Source of the DNA: Octopus bimaculoides | Taxonomy: Eukaryota | Assembly (NCBI RefSeq): GCF_001194135.2 | Contig: NC_068982.1 | Location: 20,699,691 to 20,763,690 of the forward strand | DNA length: 64,000 nt | Reading direction: 5' to 3' | Shown: piece by piece, positions 25,854-40,162 of the stretch | How positions within the stretch are numbered: the first letter of the stretch is position 1 | Layout of the letters: every line of letters starts with the position of its first letter | The notes under the pieces: generated by a model | What the model was told of the DNA's origin: nothing | What the model saw: only the letters and a program-made list of their open reading frames with translations | The model's database searches: none | Position numbers and translations under genes: made by a program

Positions 25854-26080
25854 GTATGTATGTATTTATGTGTGGGCATCTTTGTTTCTGTGTTAGTCAA
25901 CCCACCATCGTTTGACAACAGGTTTTTTTTTATTTACGTCCGCGTAAATTAGCAGTTCGACAAAGGCGGCCGATGGAATAAGTGCTAGGCCTAAGAAATG
26001 AATCCTGGTGTCAATTTGTCCGATTAAAATATTTCAAAGCGGTGCTCTAGCATGGCCGCAGTCAAATTATTGAAACAAGT
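25551..26080 (+). mobile_element. Full-length SINE family A with an internal (GATA)n/(CA)n tract
   Basis: Head ggcgcaggcatggct...ggttcagtcccactgcgtggcac, internal microsatellite, tail gcggtgctctagcatggccgcagtcaaatt. Confidence 0.93.
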
Positions 26081-26377
26081 ATTAAAATATCTCGTTGAAA
26101 ACAGTCGCATAAATGCTAACGAAGCTGGTGCATTCATCAAACCATGACATCTAAGCCACATACTGATTGGTCAACATACAATTCGTAGGGTTCAGCCTGC
26201 TGGAGTACCTATGAGGTTGTTTAAAAGAACACGACTGTCACTATATAAACCTGACGATTGCATAACGAATGAAAGTGCTAGTGGTTTCAATATTATAAAA
26301 ATGTTAAATAGTGTGAAAACTGTAAATATTAAAATGTGGAAGCCAAAGTTGGGATTCCATTGACTAATATATTCTTC

Positions 26378-26519
26378 TATACGCTTGCCTCCCAATCACA
26401 TGGTTCTGGGTTCAGTCCCACTACGTGGAACGTTGGGCAAATGTCTACTACTATAGCCTCGGGCCTACCAACGACTTGTGAATGGATTTGCTAGACGGAA
26501 ACTGAAAGAAGCCTGTCGT

Positions 26520-26569
<50 letters not shown>

Positions 26570-26790
26570 GTGTGTGTGTGTGTGTGTGTGCGTGTGTGTG
26601 TGTATTGTCCCTTCAAAATCGCTTGACAACCGACGCTGCGCCTATGTTTGTGGTTCGGCAAAAGAGACGATAGAATAAGTACTAAGCTTACAGAATAAGT
26701 CCTCGGGTTGATTTGTGTGACTAAAGGCGGTGCTCCAGCATGGCAGTAGTTAAATGACAGAAACACGTAAAAGAATAACAGAATAAAAGA
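26378..26790 (+). mobile_element. Near full-length SINE family A with an internal (TA)n(TG)n tract
   Basis: Same head, core and tail blocks; gaataaaagaa tail. Confidence 0.93.
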
Positions 26791-27341
26791 ATATATATAT
26801 ATAGCAGTTCGGCATAGTGATACCAATAACCTAGTGTGAGAACTCAGTATACCTATGCATAAGATATTATTCGTTTATCCAGCGTAGAAAAGAAACTAAA
26901 TAACTTCATTAACTTACAGCTGTTTCTGTTATAAGTTGAAATGCACGCATAGTTTAATGCTTGCGTAACACCCTATTGCTTCTTTATGCATAAAATGTCC
27001 ATACATACATCGTTAGATGAGTATGACCATCACTGACAAGTATCTCAGGACAAGGAATGACCGCGAAAATTTTTAATCGATTGCGGATTGCACAACACCA
27101 CAATGACTCATTAATTGAGATAAATAAAAAAGCAAAGAGCGAGAATCTGATTCAGTATAGCAACGTGTTTCATATACAAGTTAGCCTTTCCTTAGGGAGA
27201 TGCCTTGGCAAAACCAGAGGTCCTTAATTCTCAGTTGAATTACGGAACCCTCGGTCGCTATCCCTCCTTCGATACACATTGAACTCTCGGACACCATCCA
27301 TCGATAAACACCCCCCCCGCACGCACGCACACCCAGCCACC

Positions 27342-27392
<51 letters not shown>

Positions 27393-28712
27393 CAATATAT
27401 ATATATACATATGTGCTTGCGCACGCGTGTGTGTTTTTACTGGGAGTATACATTAATAGATGAATGCCAAAGCAATATGTCATGCAGTCACTGGTATATG
27501 ATCACATCTGTTTTATTTATAAAACCATTCTTCACAGCAATTGTAAACTTTTTGAACATGTTACAGTATGTTACGGTTTGAGGTAATTTTTTCCACTATA
27601 CTTTAGTTAGAGTGAATAATTTCGTAACAGAATATTGCGTTTCATCAGAGAAATCAAAACAGAGTATGTTACATACTATACTACGTCCTGTATAAATATT
27701 TCCTTCGAAACTCATACATTGGTTACTCAGCTACTGAAGCATTGCATAAGATAATAAAGGATAACTACAGCGTTTTGCTACTAAGACTATATTGCAAATA
27801 GCATCCTATAAATTTACAAATCAGTCTTGTAGCCATTAGATTATTCAATATTTCCCCTAACTGTTAATGCAGAAATATAAGGAGGAAAACTTTTTCCAAA
27901 CATGGCATTCATATGTTGTTCAATAAATATTTCGCTTCTACGTTTGTTTTCAAAGATGAATAGCGGAACATGTTTTGGGAATTTTCCAGCATATGTGAGA
28001 TATTTAGTTTTTATTTTATTGCTTCTTTACTCTAAATACCGTAGTGAGCTGTATATAATAACAAAATACCAGGATTAAATCTACAACCATTTATAATGAA
28101 ACCTAGGTGTTTCCTTTCAGTGTTTCCCATGAGACTGACTTTGTGCTAAATTATTTTTATATATTTTATACGACAGATGAATATGACATGCAATAAGAGA
28201 TTGTTGCTTACCACGACACGATAGTTTTATTTTATGATGGAGAATAATATAATATAAGTCATATTTGGCAGTTTTAGTTCTATAATAATGCTACAATTTA
28301 ATATCACTCCTGTTATTTGGAAATCTGTTTTGAAGCATTTGAGAAATTGCCAATTTTTGTTCGTAATACTTCGTGAGATTCCACAGGGAAAACATGTCCA
28401 TGTATCATAATTTTTTTTCCTGCAACGCTTTACATATAATAAGTAAAATAAAATATGCTCGTATCAAGTGAAGCAGAATATATTCATATTTGTGGCAGCA
28501 ATACATTCATATTAATAGATTGTGAAAAAAACGTATTTTGTAAAGATTGGATTTTTTGTCATAAAAATAAGGTACCGAAAGTTCTGAAATTATGTATATA
28601 CAAACATGTTATGTAAGTATGTATGCAAGTATACAAAGACACACACACACACACACATTATGTGCGTATGGGCGCCAGAGCGTAAAATAATATATCTATA
28701 TATATCTATCTA

Positions 28713-28747
<35 letters not shown>

Positions 28748-29036
28748 NNNNNNNNNNNNNNNNNNNNNNNNNNNNNNNNNNNNNNNNNNNNNNNNNNNNN
28801 NNNNNNNNNNNNNNNNNNNNNNNNNNNNNNNNNNNNNNNNNNNNNNNNNNNNNNNNNNNNNNNNNNNNNNNNNNNNNNNNNNNNNNNNNNNNNNNNNNNN
28901 NNNNNNNNNNNNNNNNNNNNNNNNNNNNNNNNNNNNNNNNNNNNNNNNNNNNNNNNNNNNNNNNNNNNNNNNNNNNNNNNNNNNNNNNNNNNNNNNNNNN
29001 NNNNNNNNNNNNNNNNNNNNNNNNNNNNNNNNNNNN

Positions 29037-29087
<51 letters not shown>

Positions 29088-29497
29088 GCATATATAACTA
29101 ACACAAACACATGTATATACATATATGTATGTATTTCTACATATCCATATATGTATTCAGTGAGTATGTAACATCACATGCGCTCCCGTGTGACATATAA
29201 GCATTGCATATACGGCATTCTTATAGGTATGGTATATAATGTGTCTAAATATGCTAAAGTTGATTACCCTTAAATAAAACCCAGTAACATCGTTGAAACA
29301 AATATACCTATTAAAATCTCCATGTGCCATGCCTTTCCTTATAACACTCTGGCTTTTGGACGTTTCCGCTGGATTAATTTTCTCGTTGCCTCTACTGAGA
29401 GTCATTGGGTTTATATTTCAGCGAATGCTTTCTAGTACGCGAGTGATGGTCATAGTAGCTCATATTTCACACATATATCTAACTATCTTTATCTGTG

Positions 29498-29550
<53 letters not shown>

Positions 29551-29552
<2 letters not shown>

Positions 29553-29705
29553 GCGTATGTGTGACCTCGTGGTAAGTCGTTTGTTTCCAAACCACTTGGT
29601 TCTCAGATCTGTCACACTGCGTGTTACCTCGACCAGGTATACCTCTGTCCAAAGCCTTGCTTGTGTATTTGTCAGACGGCACAGAATGGAACATGTGGTA
29701 TATGT
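29551..29705 (+). mobile_element. SINE family A head (old)
   Basis: gtggtaagtcgtttgtttccaaaccacttggttc...cactgcgtg...ccaaagccttg. Confidence 0.7.
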
Positions 29706-31005
29706 GTGTTGTGATTTGGTCCCAATACTCCAGAAGTGCAGAAGAGACCGATAACTGTGAGAGGTGAAAAGAAGAAAGTACTGCGGTCTAGATCATGTAT
29801 AGACGAATACAAATTCAATGCATCTATATTTTATATATATATTTTATTTTTAATATAGATGTGTATTCCACATATCTATATTTTGAAATCGATAAAACTG
29901 TATTTATCATATGAAATTCACATCCATGCTAATGATCACTCCGAGTTTATTTCTGAATTTTGTTTATTTAAGGTCTTAAATGTGTTTAACTCATCCGTAT
30001 AAAACTACATTTGTCTACTGGATAAGATGTTCGGCAAGAGTATAACTAACAACACCTACTGATGCGGAAACCTGTATGCACTACTGCACTCTTCGAGCGT
30101 TTATACGTCCTAAATTTTAAACGGTTCTATTTTTTCATAGAATGTCAAATTTGGAGAATATATTTGAACTGCGAGATTATCACCGTTTCATACCAAGCGG
30201 CAGCATTGTTATTTGGAAATTTATGGGACGTTCTCTAATCTCAAATGTTTATGTTGTATGTTATTTAATATACTTGTATATTAAACAGAAACACACACAC
30301 ACTCGCACGCACACAGGAATTCACACTACAAACATACATATACATATATACAGGTATGTGCACATATATATATATATATATATANNNNNNNNNNNNNNNN
30401 NNNNNNNNNNNNNNNNNNNNNNNNNNNNNNNNNNNNNNNNNNNNNNNNNNNNNNNNNNNNNNNNNNNNNNNNNNNNNNNNNNNNNNNNNNNNNNNNNNNN
30501 NNNNNNNNNNNNNNNNNNNNNNNNNNNNNNNNNNNNNNNNNNNNNNNNNNNNNNNNNNNNNNNNNNNNNNNNNNNNNNNNNNNNNNNNNNNNNNNNNNNN
30601 NNNNNNNNNNNNNNNNNNNNNNNNNNNNNNNNNNNNNNNNNNNNNNNNNNNNNNNNNNNNNNNNNNNNNNNNNNNNNNNNNNNNNNNNNNNNNNNNNNNN
30701 NNNNNNNNNNNNNNNNNNNNNNNNNNNNNNTATATATATGTATATATATATGTATATATGTGGGGGGAGGGCGTCTCTGTGTGTGTTTATACAAAATACG
30801 TACCATTCAATGAGAACACACACGAACATATATGTAGGGATGAGTATTCATATGGATCCGTATTTTTGACTGTTCCCGATTGTGTTTACAAATCCATAAC
30901 AATATATTGCTGTTTAAATCGTGGCATTGTTGATGTGTAAAATGCATATTCCAAGGTGAAAAAAAAATCACGTCACATTCATTTTACAACTGTAGTGCAT
31001 ATTAT

Positions 31006-31160
<155 letters not shown>

Positions 31161-33159
31161 TAATTTCATCTTCATCATTATTAAATTTATTTATATTTTT
31201 GTTATTGCAATTATTATTTCCACAATGATAAAAATAAAAATAAAAATAATTATTATTATTATTATAACGATAGAAATATAATCATAATAATAAGAAGAAC
31301 ATCAGAATGAAATAACAATTATAAAGAAGTAACTATAATACCAATAAAAGCAACAATAATGATACAGACAATAGGATGAAAGCAATACAGGTTATATTAT
31401 TACGCTAATGGATGATGCGCTTAAAATAGCATTAAATTCTTGGCAGTAATTGATCTTGTTTAAGGGTAACACAAAAGGAATATTTTCAATACCTGAGCAA
31501 CGATGAAAAACAGGTTAACGTATATAGTATTTGATGAACGAGAATAAATATCGACGGCATATGAAGGTTGAATACTTAAAAAGAATAATCATTATAATAT
31601 TCACTCACAAACACGCACACAAAGCGGTCTGATATAAACACATACAGAAACACACTCATATGCATGTATGGATGAATGTATAAATATATATACATATATA
31701 TATANNNNNNNNNNNNNNNNNNNNNNNNNNNNNNNNNNNNNNNNNNNNNNNNNNNNNNNNNNNNNNNNNNNNNNNNNNNNNNNNNNNNNNNNNNNNNNNN
31801 NNNNNNNNNNNNNNNNNNNNNNNNNNNNNNNNNNNNNNNNNNNNNNNNNNNNNNNNNNNNNNNNNNNNNNNNNNNNNNNNNNNNNNNNNNNNNNNNNNNN
31901 NNNNNNNNNNNNNNNNNNNNNNNNNNNNNNNNNNNNNNNNNNNNNNNNNNNNNNNNNNNNNNNNNNNNNNNNNNNNNNNNNNNNNNNNNNNNNNNNNNNN
32001 NNNNNNNNNNNNNNNNNNNNNNNNNNNNNNNNNNNNNNNNNNNNNNNNNNNNNNNNNNNNNNNNNNNNNNNNNNNNNNNNNNNNNNNNNNNNNNNNNNNN
32101 NNNNNNNNNNNNNNNNNNNNNNNNNNNNNNNNNNNNNNNNNNNNNNNNNNNNNNNNNNNNNNNNNNNNNNNNNNNNNNNNNNNNNNNNNNNNNNNNNNNN
32201 NNNNNNNNNNNNNNNNNNNNNNNNNNNNNNNNNNNNNNNNNNNNNNNNNNNNNNNNNNNNNNNNNNNNNNNNNNNNNNNNNNNNNNNNNNNNNNNNNNNN
32301 NNNNNNNNNNNNNNNNNNNNNNNNNNNNNNNNNNNNNNNNNNNNNNNNNNNNNNNNNNNNNNNNNNNNNNNNNNNNNNNNNNNNNNNNNNNNNNNNNNNN
32401 NNNNNNNNNNNNNNNNNNNNNNNNNNNNNNNNNNNNNNNNNNNNNNNNNNNNNNNNNNNNNNNNNNNNNNNNNNNNNNNNNNNNNNNNNNNNNNNNNNNN
32501 NNNNNNNNNNNNNNNNNNNNNNNNNNNNNNNNNNNNNNNNNNNNNNNNNNNNNNNNNNNNNNNNNNNNNNNNNNNNNNNNNNNNNNNNNNNNNNNNNNNN
32601 NNNNNNNNNNNNNNNNNNNNNNNNNNNNNNNNNNNNNNNNNNNNNNNNNNNNNNNNNNNNNNATAATAATAATAATAATAATAACAATAATAATAATAAT
32701 AATAATTATTATTATTATTTTAAGTGGTGTTAAATACTAACTATTAATAATGATGTTGATGATGATGATAATACCAACAACAACAACAACAACAGCAGCA
32801 ATAATAATAATAATAATAAAAATCTGAAGGGCATAACAATGAATATTTCATTATACGTTTCTGAGGCTAAAACTACGACTAGATTCACAACTGTTATAAA
32901 TCTAACACATTTAAACAGAGAATTCAAGAAATTTAATAAAAAAATTTACTTATGATATTAATATCAATAATATTGAAGCAGTAATAACAACAATCATAAT
33001 AAAAACAGTTTTAATAACAATGATGATAGTGATGATAATGAGATTATGGTGATGATGATGATGAGGATTATGAGGATTATGACCGTCTTCATGACCACGA
33101 CTACTGCAATGATGCTACTACTGCTGCTGCTGCTGCTGCTGCTGAAATTAATCATTTCT

Positions 33160-33375
33160 TTCCAACTTTGGCACGAGACAAGGAATTTTGTTGGACAGGG
33201 GCCGTCTATTAGATTGCTACCCGTTCTTATCTGGTACGCATTTTATCCACCCGGAGGAGATTAAGGGGAAAGTTTTCCTCGGCATTATTTCAGGTTTTAA
33301 CGTAAAATGCCGGAAGAAAAGTGCTAACGAAATTACCCGACGGCCTAACGCATCCAGCATCGTTATAATATAATG
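33160..33375 (-). mobile_element. SINE family B (old)
   Basis: ttggcacgagacaagg...ctggtacgcattttatccacccggaggag...aaagttttcctcggc is the reverse complement of the family B core. Confidence 0.7.
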
Positions 33376-33464
33376 ATGATGACGATGTTGCTTCCGCTGA
33401 TGATGGTAATGATGGTTTCTTATCAGTTATGCGCTGACCCGTCATTTGGACACGAAGACTTGAC

Positions 33465-33592
33465 TGGTAAACTATTTTATTAACTCTGATAAATGGAAAG
33501 CATTGTTGACTTCGTTGATATTTGAACTCAGTATATATGAAAGAGAAGAAATGTCACGAAGAATTTTGCGATGTCCTTACAATATATGTCTC
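33465..33592 (-). mobile_element. SINE family B head/core (old)
   Basis: tattttattaactctgataaatggaaagcattgttgacttcgttgatatttgaactcag. Confidence 0.65.
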
Positions 33593-33607
33593 CACAACAA
33601 CAACAAC

Positions 33608-33675
<68 letters not shown>

Positions 33676-33698
33676 TAATAATAATAATAATAATAATA

Positions 33699-33752
<54 letters not shown>

Positions 33753-33770
33753 ACAACAACAATAATAATA
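33593..33770. repeat. (AAT)n/(ATT)n inverted trinucleotide tracts
   Basis: Read directly; the two tracts are self-complementary. Confidence 0.95.
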
Positions 33771-33799
33771 AACAGCTGGAAACTTTGCGATGATAAATG

Positions 33800-34342
33800 A
33801 TAAAAACACATATATGAAAGAGAACATGTATAAAGAATGCTATAGACGTGTTAGGTTAATACTGAAAACAGAGCTCAATGCGAAAAACTAGATAATACTT
33901 ATCAACACTCTAGCCGTCCCAGTTATACTTTACAGCTAGAATGTCCTTAACTGGTCACTAAATGAACTAATCATTATAGACATGAAACCAAAAAAATGAC
34001 AGGATTTAACATGCACTGCCCAAAATCTGACATAGAGGCCTTATACAGTCACAAAACTATTACAAGATAACAACCACAGGACTACAAAAATACCCACTAT
34101 AGGAGCAACGAAAACTAATACAAATTTCCACAAAACACGAACAAAGCTGTGTTCAGTCTTTAAAGAAGCTGACAAGTACAAAATATTCATAAAACCTAAC
34201 AACTATGAAGAACAAGACGAAACAAGAAAATTTGTAAAACAACTGAAATCAAAAAAAAAAAAAACTGGACCAGCAACGGATCATGATAAAACGATGTCGC
34301 GAAAAGCCACTTCCTGGCAAATACTAGGTTAAACTAATCGCA

Positions 34343-34402
<60 letters not shown>

Positions 34403-34427
34403 NNNNNNNNNNNNNNNNNNNNNNNNN

Positions 34428-34518
<91 letters not shown>

Positions 34519-34960
34519 CGACTATGACGATTTGAAGAGGGAAATACGAAGGTTGTAGTCAATGAAAAATAGTAAAAATGATACCAATAATAAATTAGTG
34601 CACTTGGCAATATTAGCACTCGGCTACTTACACGGCTGAAGAAGATTGGTGCAAGTGTGAATGGAGAACACCTACAAAAATCAGCATTGCTTGGAACTGC
34701 AAGATTACTTGGTAGGGTTCTTGAAGCATAACCAGTTAACAAATATCACCTTAGTCTACTGGCTAGACCAGAAGCACACCCATCAGTGGCTACGAAGCTC
34801 AAGGCTACAGGCAGAGACTGAAGGCTTTATCTCGGCTGCTAAAGATCAGAACTTATTGACCTGAAACTATCAAGCTAATATGAGAAATGATGTAGACCTA
34901 AAGCGCCGACACTGCAACGATGGGATAGACCTCATTTTTCAATGGCCCCATAACTGAATA
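33800..34960 (+). mobile_element. RLE-type non-LTR retrotransposon remnant, second family, segments out of order
   Basis: YRRVRLILKTELNAKN...NTLAVPVI; CREKPLPGKY; DLKREIRRL...HLQKSALLGTARLLGRVLEA* (stop 34729-34731); then THQWLRSSRLQAETEGFISAAKDQ. Confidence 0.85.
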
Positions 34961-35112
34961 GATGTTGGCGTGGGTTCCCACCCCGGCATCCGAAACTCGG
35001 AGTTTTATCATGGCTACCGAATAAGTGCCACATATTTTTACAGATAAATTCCTCTATTTATATAATATCGAGGTCCCTTTCTTTCTTTTGTTGTCCTTTC
35101 TATCAATATATA

Positions 35113-35175
<63 letters not shown>

Positions 35176-35182
35176 ATTTATA

Positions 35183-35684
35183 GTAATAGTTATCGCCAAA
35201 CTTACATGGCGATCCAGAAAAATAGGACGAATGCTGCCGGTGATTAGCTCCAAGAGGCCATCGCCTCTAGCTAGCTATGACACATGAACCTGTATCCATT
35301 TTAACCTTCGAACAGGGGGAGGTCAGCGGCTTTCCCTTGCTGGTCTGGCTTCTACAGACTAGTTTCAGGGTATTTGCCCTGGATCTACGAAATCCAGTGG
35401 ATGTATTCCACTGAATTTAGGTAAATAATCCTTCGTACAGACGGTGAGTAGCGACACCTGCTTGGTTCGGCTGCTCTACATTAATAAGGGGAAAATAACC
35501 TGAAACTAATCTATAGATGTCAGACTAACAACGGGAAGCGGCTGACCTCCCCTGCTCGAAGGTTATAATGGACACACATTTGTGTGTCACATAGCTAGCT
35601 AGAGGCGATGGCCTCTTGGAGCTAATCAATGGCAGCATTCGTCCCATTTTTCTGGACTGACATTAGTTTGGCGATGACTATCAA
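35183..35684. mobile_element. MITE-like foldback, about 194-bp inverted arms, probable TA target duplication
   Basis: 35186-35379 is the reverse complement of 35488-35681 (e.g. ttagctccaagaggccatcgcctctagctagctatg / catagctagctagaggcgatggcctcttggagctaa); TA at 35181-82 and 35685-86. Confidence 0.88.
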
Positions 35685-35727
35685 TATCCAGTGCCGCTGG
35701 CGTAGTCTCCTTTAGAGAGACTTAGAA

Positions 35728-35822
<95 letters not shown>

Positions 35823-35828
35823 TGTGTA

Positions 35829-37108
35829 CAGTGTGCGTAAGGTATTTCAGGACATACCTTTATTGTATCGTTGCTGCATTTTTTGCTAATTTTGTAGAAT
35901 CTTTATTTGAGAAAAGGATAATAGCAGACCCTCAGCTTACTCAAGAAATGAAAAGGCATGCTATTATTGCTATTATAAAGGCTGAACATTGCGATTTAGG
36001 AATATCTCGATTTTTAAATGTTGCCAGGTATTTCGTCTCCAAAGCTTGTAAGGAGTTAGAGACTGAAGACGGAAACGTATCACCAGTATCAAAGCACAAA
36101 AAGCATTCTAAACGCACAGAATTCATCAAAATACTTGAATTAATCTAGCAAGTTCAGCAGATCATTGATTACAATCCTAGAAAATCCATGAGGTCAAGTG
36201 CAAAACATTTCCATGTGTCAGAAGGAACAGTCAGAAATGCTGTGCACGAAGACATCAGATATATGACTTATATGATGAGGAAAAGGTCAATTTGTCAGAA
36301 AAAGCAAACGAAAATCACAACATAAAATTTAAAAGGATCTTAAACAAACTGAAAGATCTAACAGCAGAAGATTTCAGTTGTTTTTTCTCAAACGAGAAAA
36401 ATTTCGACCAAGATGAAAAAGTTACAATAAGAAATGACAGATGGTTACGTGCAGACCCTTCTAAAGTCCCAAGTTTTATTTATTGAACATTTTCTGCAAC
36501 TGTCATGGTTTTAGAGGTTGTCAGCAATGAAGGACATGTGATGCTTTCTTACTTCTTTCCACAATTAAGGATGCCTCCTTACCTCTTTCCACATGGCCTC
36601 TATTGCCTACATTGAAGTCCTGGAAGTAATTGTGAAACCCTGGATAGACAGTATATGCAATGGGAGGCCATATGTGTTTCAGTAAAACTTTGCACTATCA
36701 CACATGGCTCTAGTAACACAGGAATGGATGTCTGAAAATTTTCACGATCACATAACCCCTAACACTTGGCTTCCTAATTCCCAAGATCTTAATCCATTGG
36801 AGTATTACATGTGGAGCGTTGTTGAGAGATATGTCAATGAGCACGCCAATAACACCAGAGATTTTTTGAAAGCTGCCATAGTCAGAGTAATGTCCAAAAT
36901 GAACCAGGGCTACTTGATTCGAAGATGAGTGAAATCTCATACAGAAATATTTCGTGATGCTGAAGGTGGCATTATTGAATAACATTATAGTAAAGAAGGT
37001 CTACTTTTATCCTGATAGTATTTTTTGATAAATAAATGTATTATCAGTTATTATATGTATATATTTCTTATAAATATAAATCTCTCCTCAAATATCTTAC
37101 GCACCATA
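35829..37108 (+). mobile_element. Tc1/mariner DD37D (maT) transposon, full span, inactivated
   Basis: Imperfect TIRs cagtgtgcgtaaggtattt / aaatatcttacgcacc; TA flanks; FSNEKNF; FQ*N-x37-E (37 residues counted; both catalytic D positions mutated); NSQDLNPLEYYMW. Confidence 0.92.
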
Positions 37109-38636
37109 TACATATATATCTATATCTATATGTATATATATATATATATNNNNNNNNNNNNNNNNNNNNNNNNNNNNNNNNNNNNNNNNNNNNNNNNNNN
37201 NNNNNNNNNNNNNNNNNNNNNNNNNNNNNNNNNNNNNNNNNNNNNNNNNNNNNNNNNNNNNNNNNNNNNNNNNNNNNNNNNNNNNNNNNNNNNNNNNNNN
37301 NNNNNNNNNNNNNNNNNNNNNNNNNNNNNNNNNNNNNNNNNNNNNNNNNNNNNNNNNNNNNNNNNNNNNNNNNNNNNNNNNNNNNNNNNNNNNNNNNNNN
37401 NNNNNNNNNNNNNNNNNNNNNNNNNNNNNNNNNNNNNNNNNNNNNNNNNNNNNNNNNNNNNNNNNNNNNNNNNNNNNNNNNNNNNNNNNNNNNNNNNNNN
37501 NNNNNNNNNNNNNNNNNNNNNNNNNNNNNNNNNNNNNNNNNNNNNNNNNNNNNNNNNNNNNNNNNNNNNNNNNNNNNNNNNNNNNNNNNNNNNNNNNNNN
37601 NNNNNNNNNNNNNNNNNNNNNNNNNNNNNNNNNNNNNNNNNNNNNNNNNNNNNNNNNNNNNNNNNNNNNNNNNNNNNNNNNNNNNNNNNNNTATATATAT
37701 ATATATTAGTGTGTATGTGTGTGTTTGTGTGTGTGTTTGTGTGTGTTTGTGTGTGTGTATCTTGCTATATGTGTCGAAGCAATATTGACTTTACTTTAGA
37801 GACTGCCGAACAGAAGCCTTTGATATGTTTGCTGACACATTTTGCACAAACAGATAGATTCAGTACAAATCAATTTTTATAGAAAGCCTAGAATCTGTAC
37901 TGATTTCAGGGATTAATCACTTGATCGACTACACGATTGAGAGAATCATTTTGGGATAACTGTTTCTAAATCTGAAAACCACATTTTTATTTGCATTCAA
38001 GCTCTATCATTTTCATTAATGATCGTTGTCATATTTTATTCATATTCCATTTGGATTTAGAATTTTGTGTAGTAGTATTGATTTCACTATTAATAATACT
38101 GATACTATTACTACTATCGTAATGATTTATAATCTTATTGCTATGAGTATTTTAGAAATGAGAATAATGAAAATAAAATTAACAGCAATGATAATATTCG
38201 TACAATCATCATCATTATCGGTATAATGAAAAAAAAAATTAAATAAATAAATAAACAACAGTTTCAATTAATATAATTTATTAGTAGATTGTTATCAACA
38301 TATCTATGTTTGATCGCTTGTATACTGCAATGACGACTCTTATCTGTTTATCTTTCCTAGAATATTTCCTGTATATGGAGCCTGAAAATTCGCCATTACT
38401 AGTTTGTGTGGATTAATGAAATCGTCGTGTTTTGTCTTTTATTGTAGTGTATCAACACTCAACTCAAACATATATGTAGTTACTGATAGACACACACATC
38501 TATTCTCTCTTAGGAAACAAACTGTGAATAGCTCGCTCGTTCGCTCACACTTACGTAAATATACACACCCACAAGAGCATGCATGTAAGTGTATATGTAA
38601 ATAAATTGGTTTTATACTTACACACACACACACACC

Positions 38637-38672
<36 letters not shown>

Positions 38673-39306
38673 NNNNNNNNNNNNNNNNNNNNNNNNNNNN
38701 NNNNNNNNNNNNNNNNNNNNNNNNNNNNNNNNNNNNNNNNNNNNNNNNNNNNNNNNNNNNNNNNNNNNNNNNNNNNNNNNNNNNNNNNNNNNNNNNNNNN
38801 NNNNNNNNNNNNNNNNNNNNNNNNNNNNNNNNNNNNNNNNNNNNNNNNNNNNNNNNNNNNNNNNNNNNNNNNNNNNNNNNNNNNNNNNNNNNNNNNNNNN
38901 NNNNNNNNNNNNNNNNNNNNNNNNNNNNNNNNNNNNNNNNNNNNNNNNNNNNNNNNNNNNNNNNNNNNNNNNNNNNNNNNNNNNNNNNNNNNNNNNNNNN
39001 NNNNNNNNNNNNNNNNNNNNNNNNNNNNNNNNNNNNNNNNNNNNNNNNNNNNNNNNNNNNNNNNNNNNNNNNNNNNNNNNNNNNNNNNNNNNNNNNNNNN
39101 NNNNNNNNNNNNNNNNNNNNNNNNNNNNNNNNNNNNNNNNNNNNNNNNNNNNNNNNNNNNNNNNNNNNNNNNNNNNNNNNNNNNNNNNNNNNNNNNNNNN
39201 NNNNNNNNNNNNNNNNNNNNNNNNNNNNNNNNNNNNNNNNNNNNNNNNNNNNNNNNNNNNNNNNNNNNNNNNNNNNNNNNNNNNNNNNNNNNNNNNNNNN
39301 NNNNNN

Positions 39307-39343
<37 letters not shown>

Positions 39344-40122
39344 GTGTGTGTGTATATGTGTGTATGTGTTTGTGTGTGTGTATGTGTTTGTGTATTTATT
39401 TCTGTACGTATGCATGTGTGCTTATGTATGGATATGTTTTTTGAAGTTTCACATCTGACAGGAAGAAGTACAAATTTATAACATTGTATTTATGTCCTGT
39501 TAGCTGAATCAGTCCTGAATAGTGTGACCTAGGTACTATAGACGAGAAATCATGGATACATTTTGACATAACTCCCAACATAGATTGATGCTTAGAAGCA
39601 TTAGAACCGTCTAAAAATATATGCCAATAATTACATATAGCTCATCTTATATTGTTATTTATAAAATGTCTTTCTTTCCTATATACTCTCTTTCTCTCGT
39701 CCACTTTCCCTCCCAACCACCCAGAAAGAAATATACACGCGCACACACACATACCAACAGAGATGTTCCAAACGGAATAGTCTGTAATGGAGAGTTATTT
39801 TTTTAATTGTAGCTTTAAGGCAAAATTATTTACGGAATTTCTGTCGTTTCATCTCACAAATTCACGAAAATGAAAGAAAGTAGGAGAAAATCTAATTTGG
39901 TGTAAATTCAGAATTAGAGAGAAAACGTTTTGCTGTTAAAGGAGAATGGAAAATACACATATAAATGTATAATATAAACATAGATACACACGTTTATGCA
40001 TACATGAATATACGGATACCTATACACACACATATACACACGTATCTATAAGCGTTTACATTTCTATATACGCATGCATACAAACACACACACACACGCA
40101 CACATATATATATATATATATG

Positions 40123-40162
<40 letters not shown>

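Noticed and set aside
26240-26295. CTGACGA...GAAA hammerhead-like motif
   Set aside because: Stem II lacks a closing pair and stem I does not pair; at most a relic
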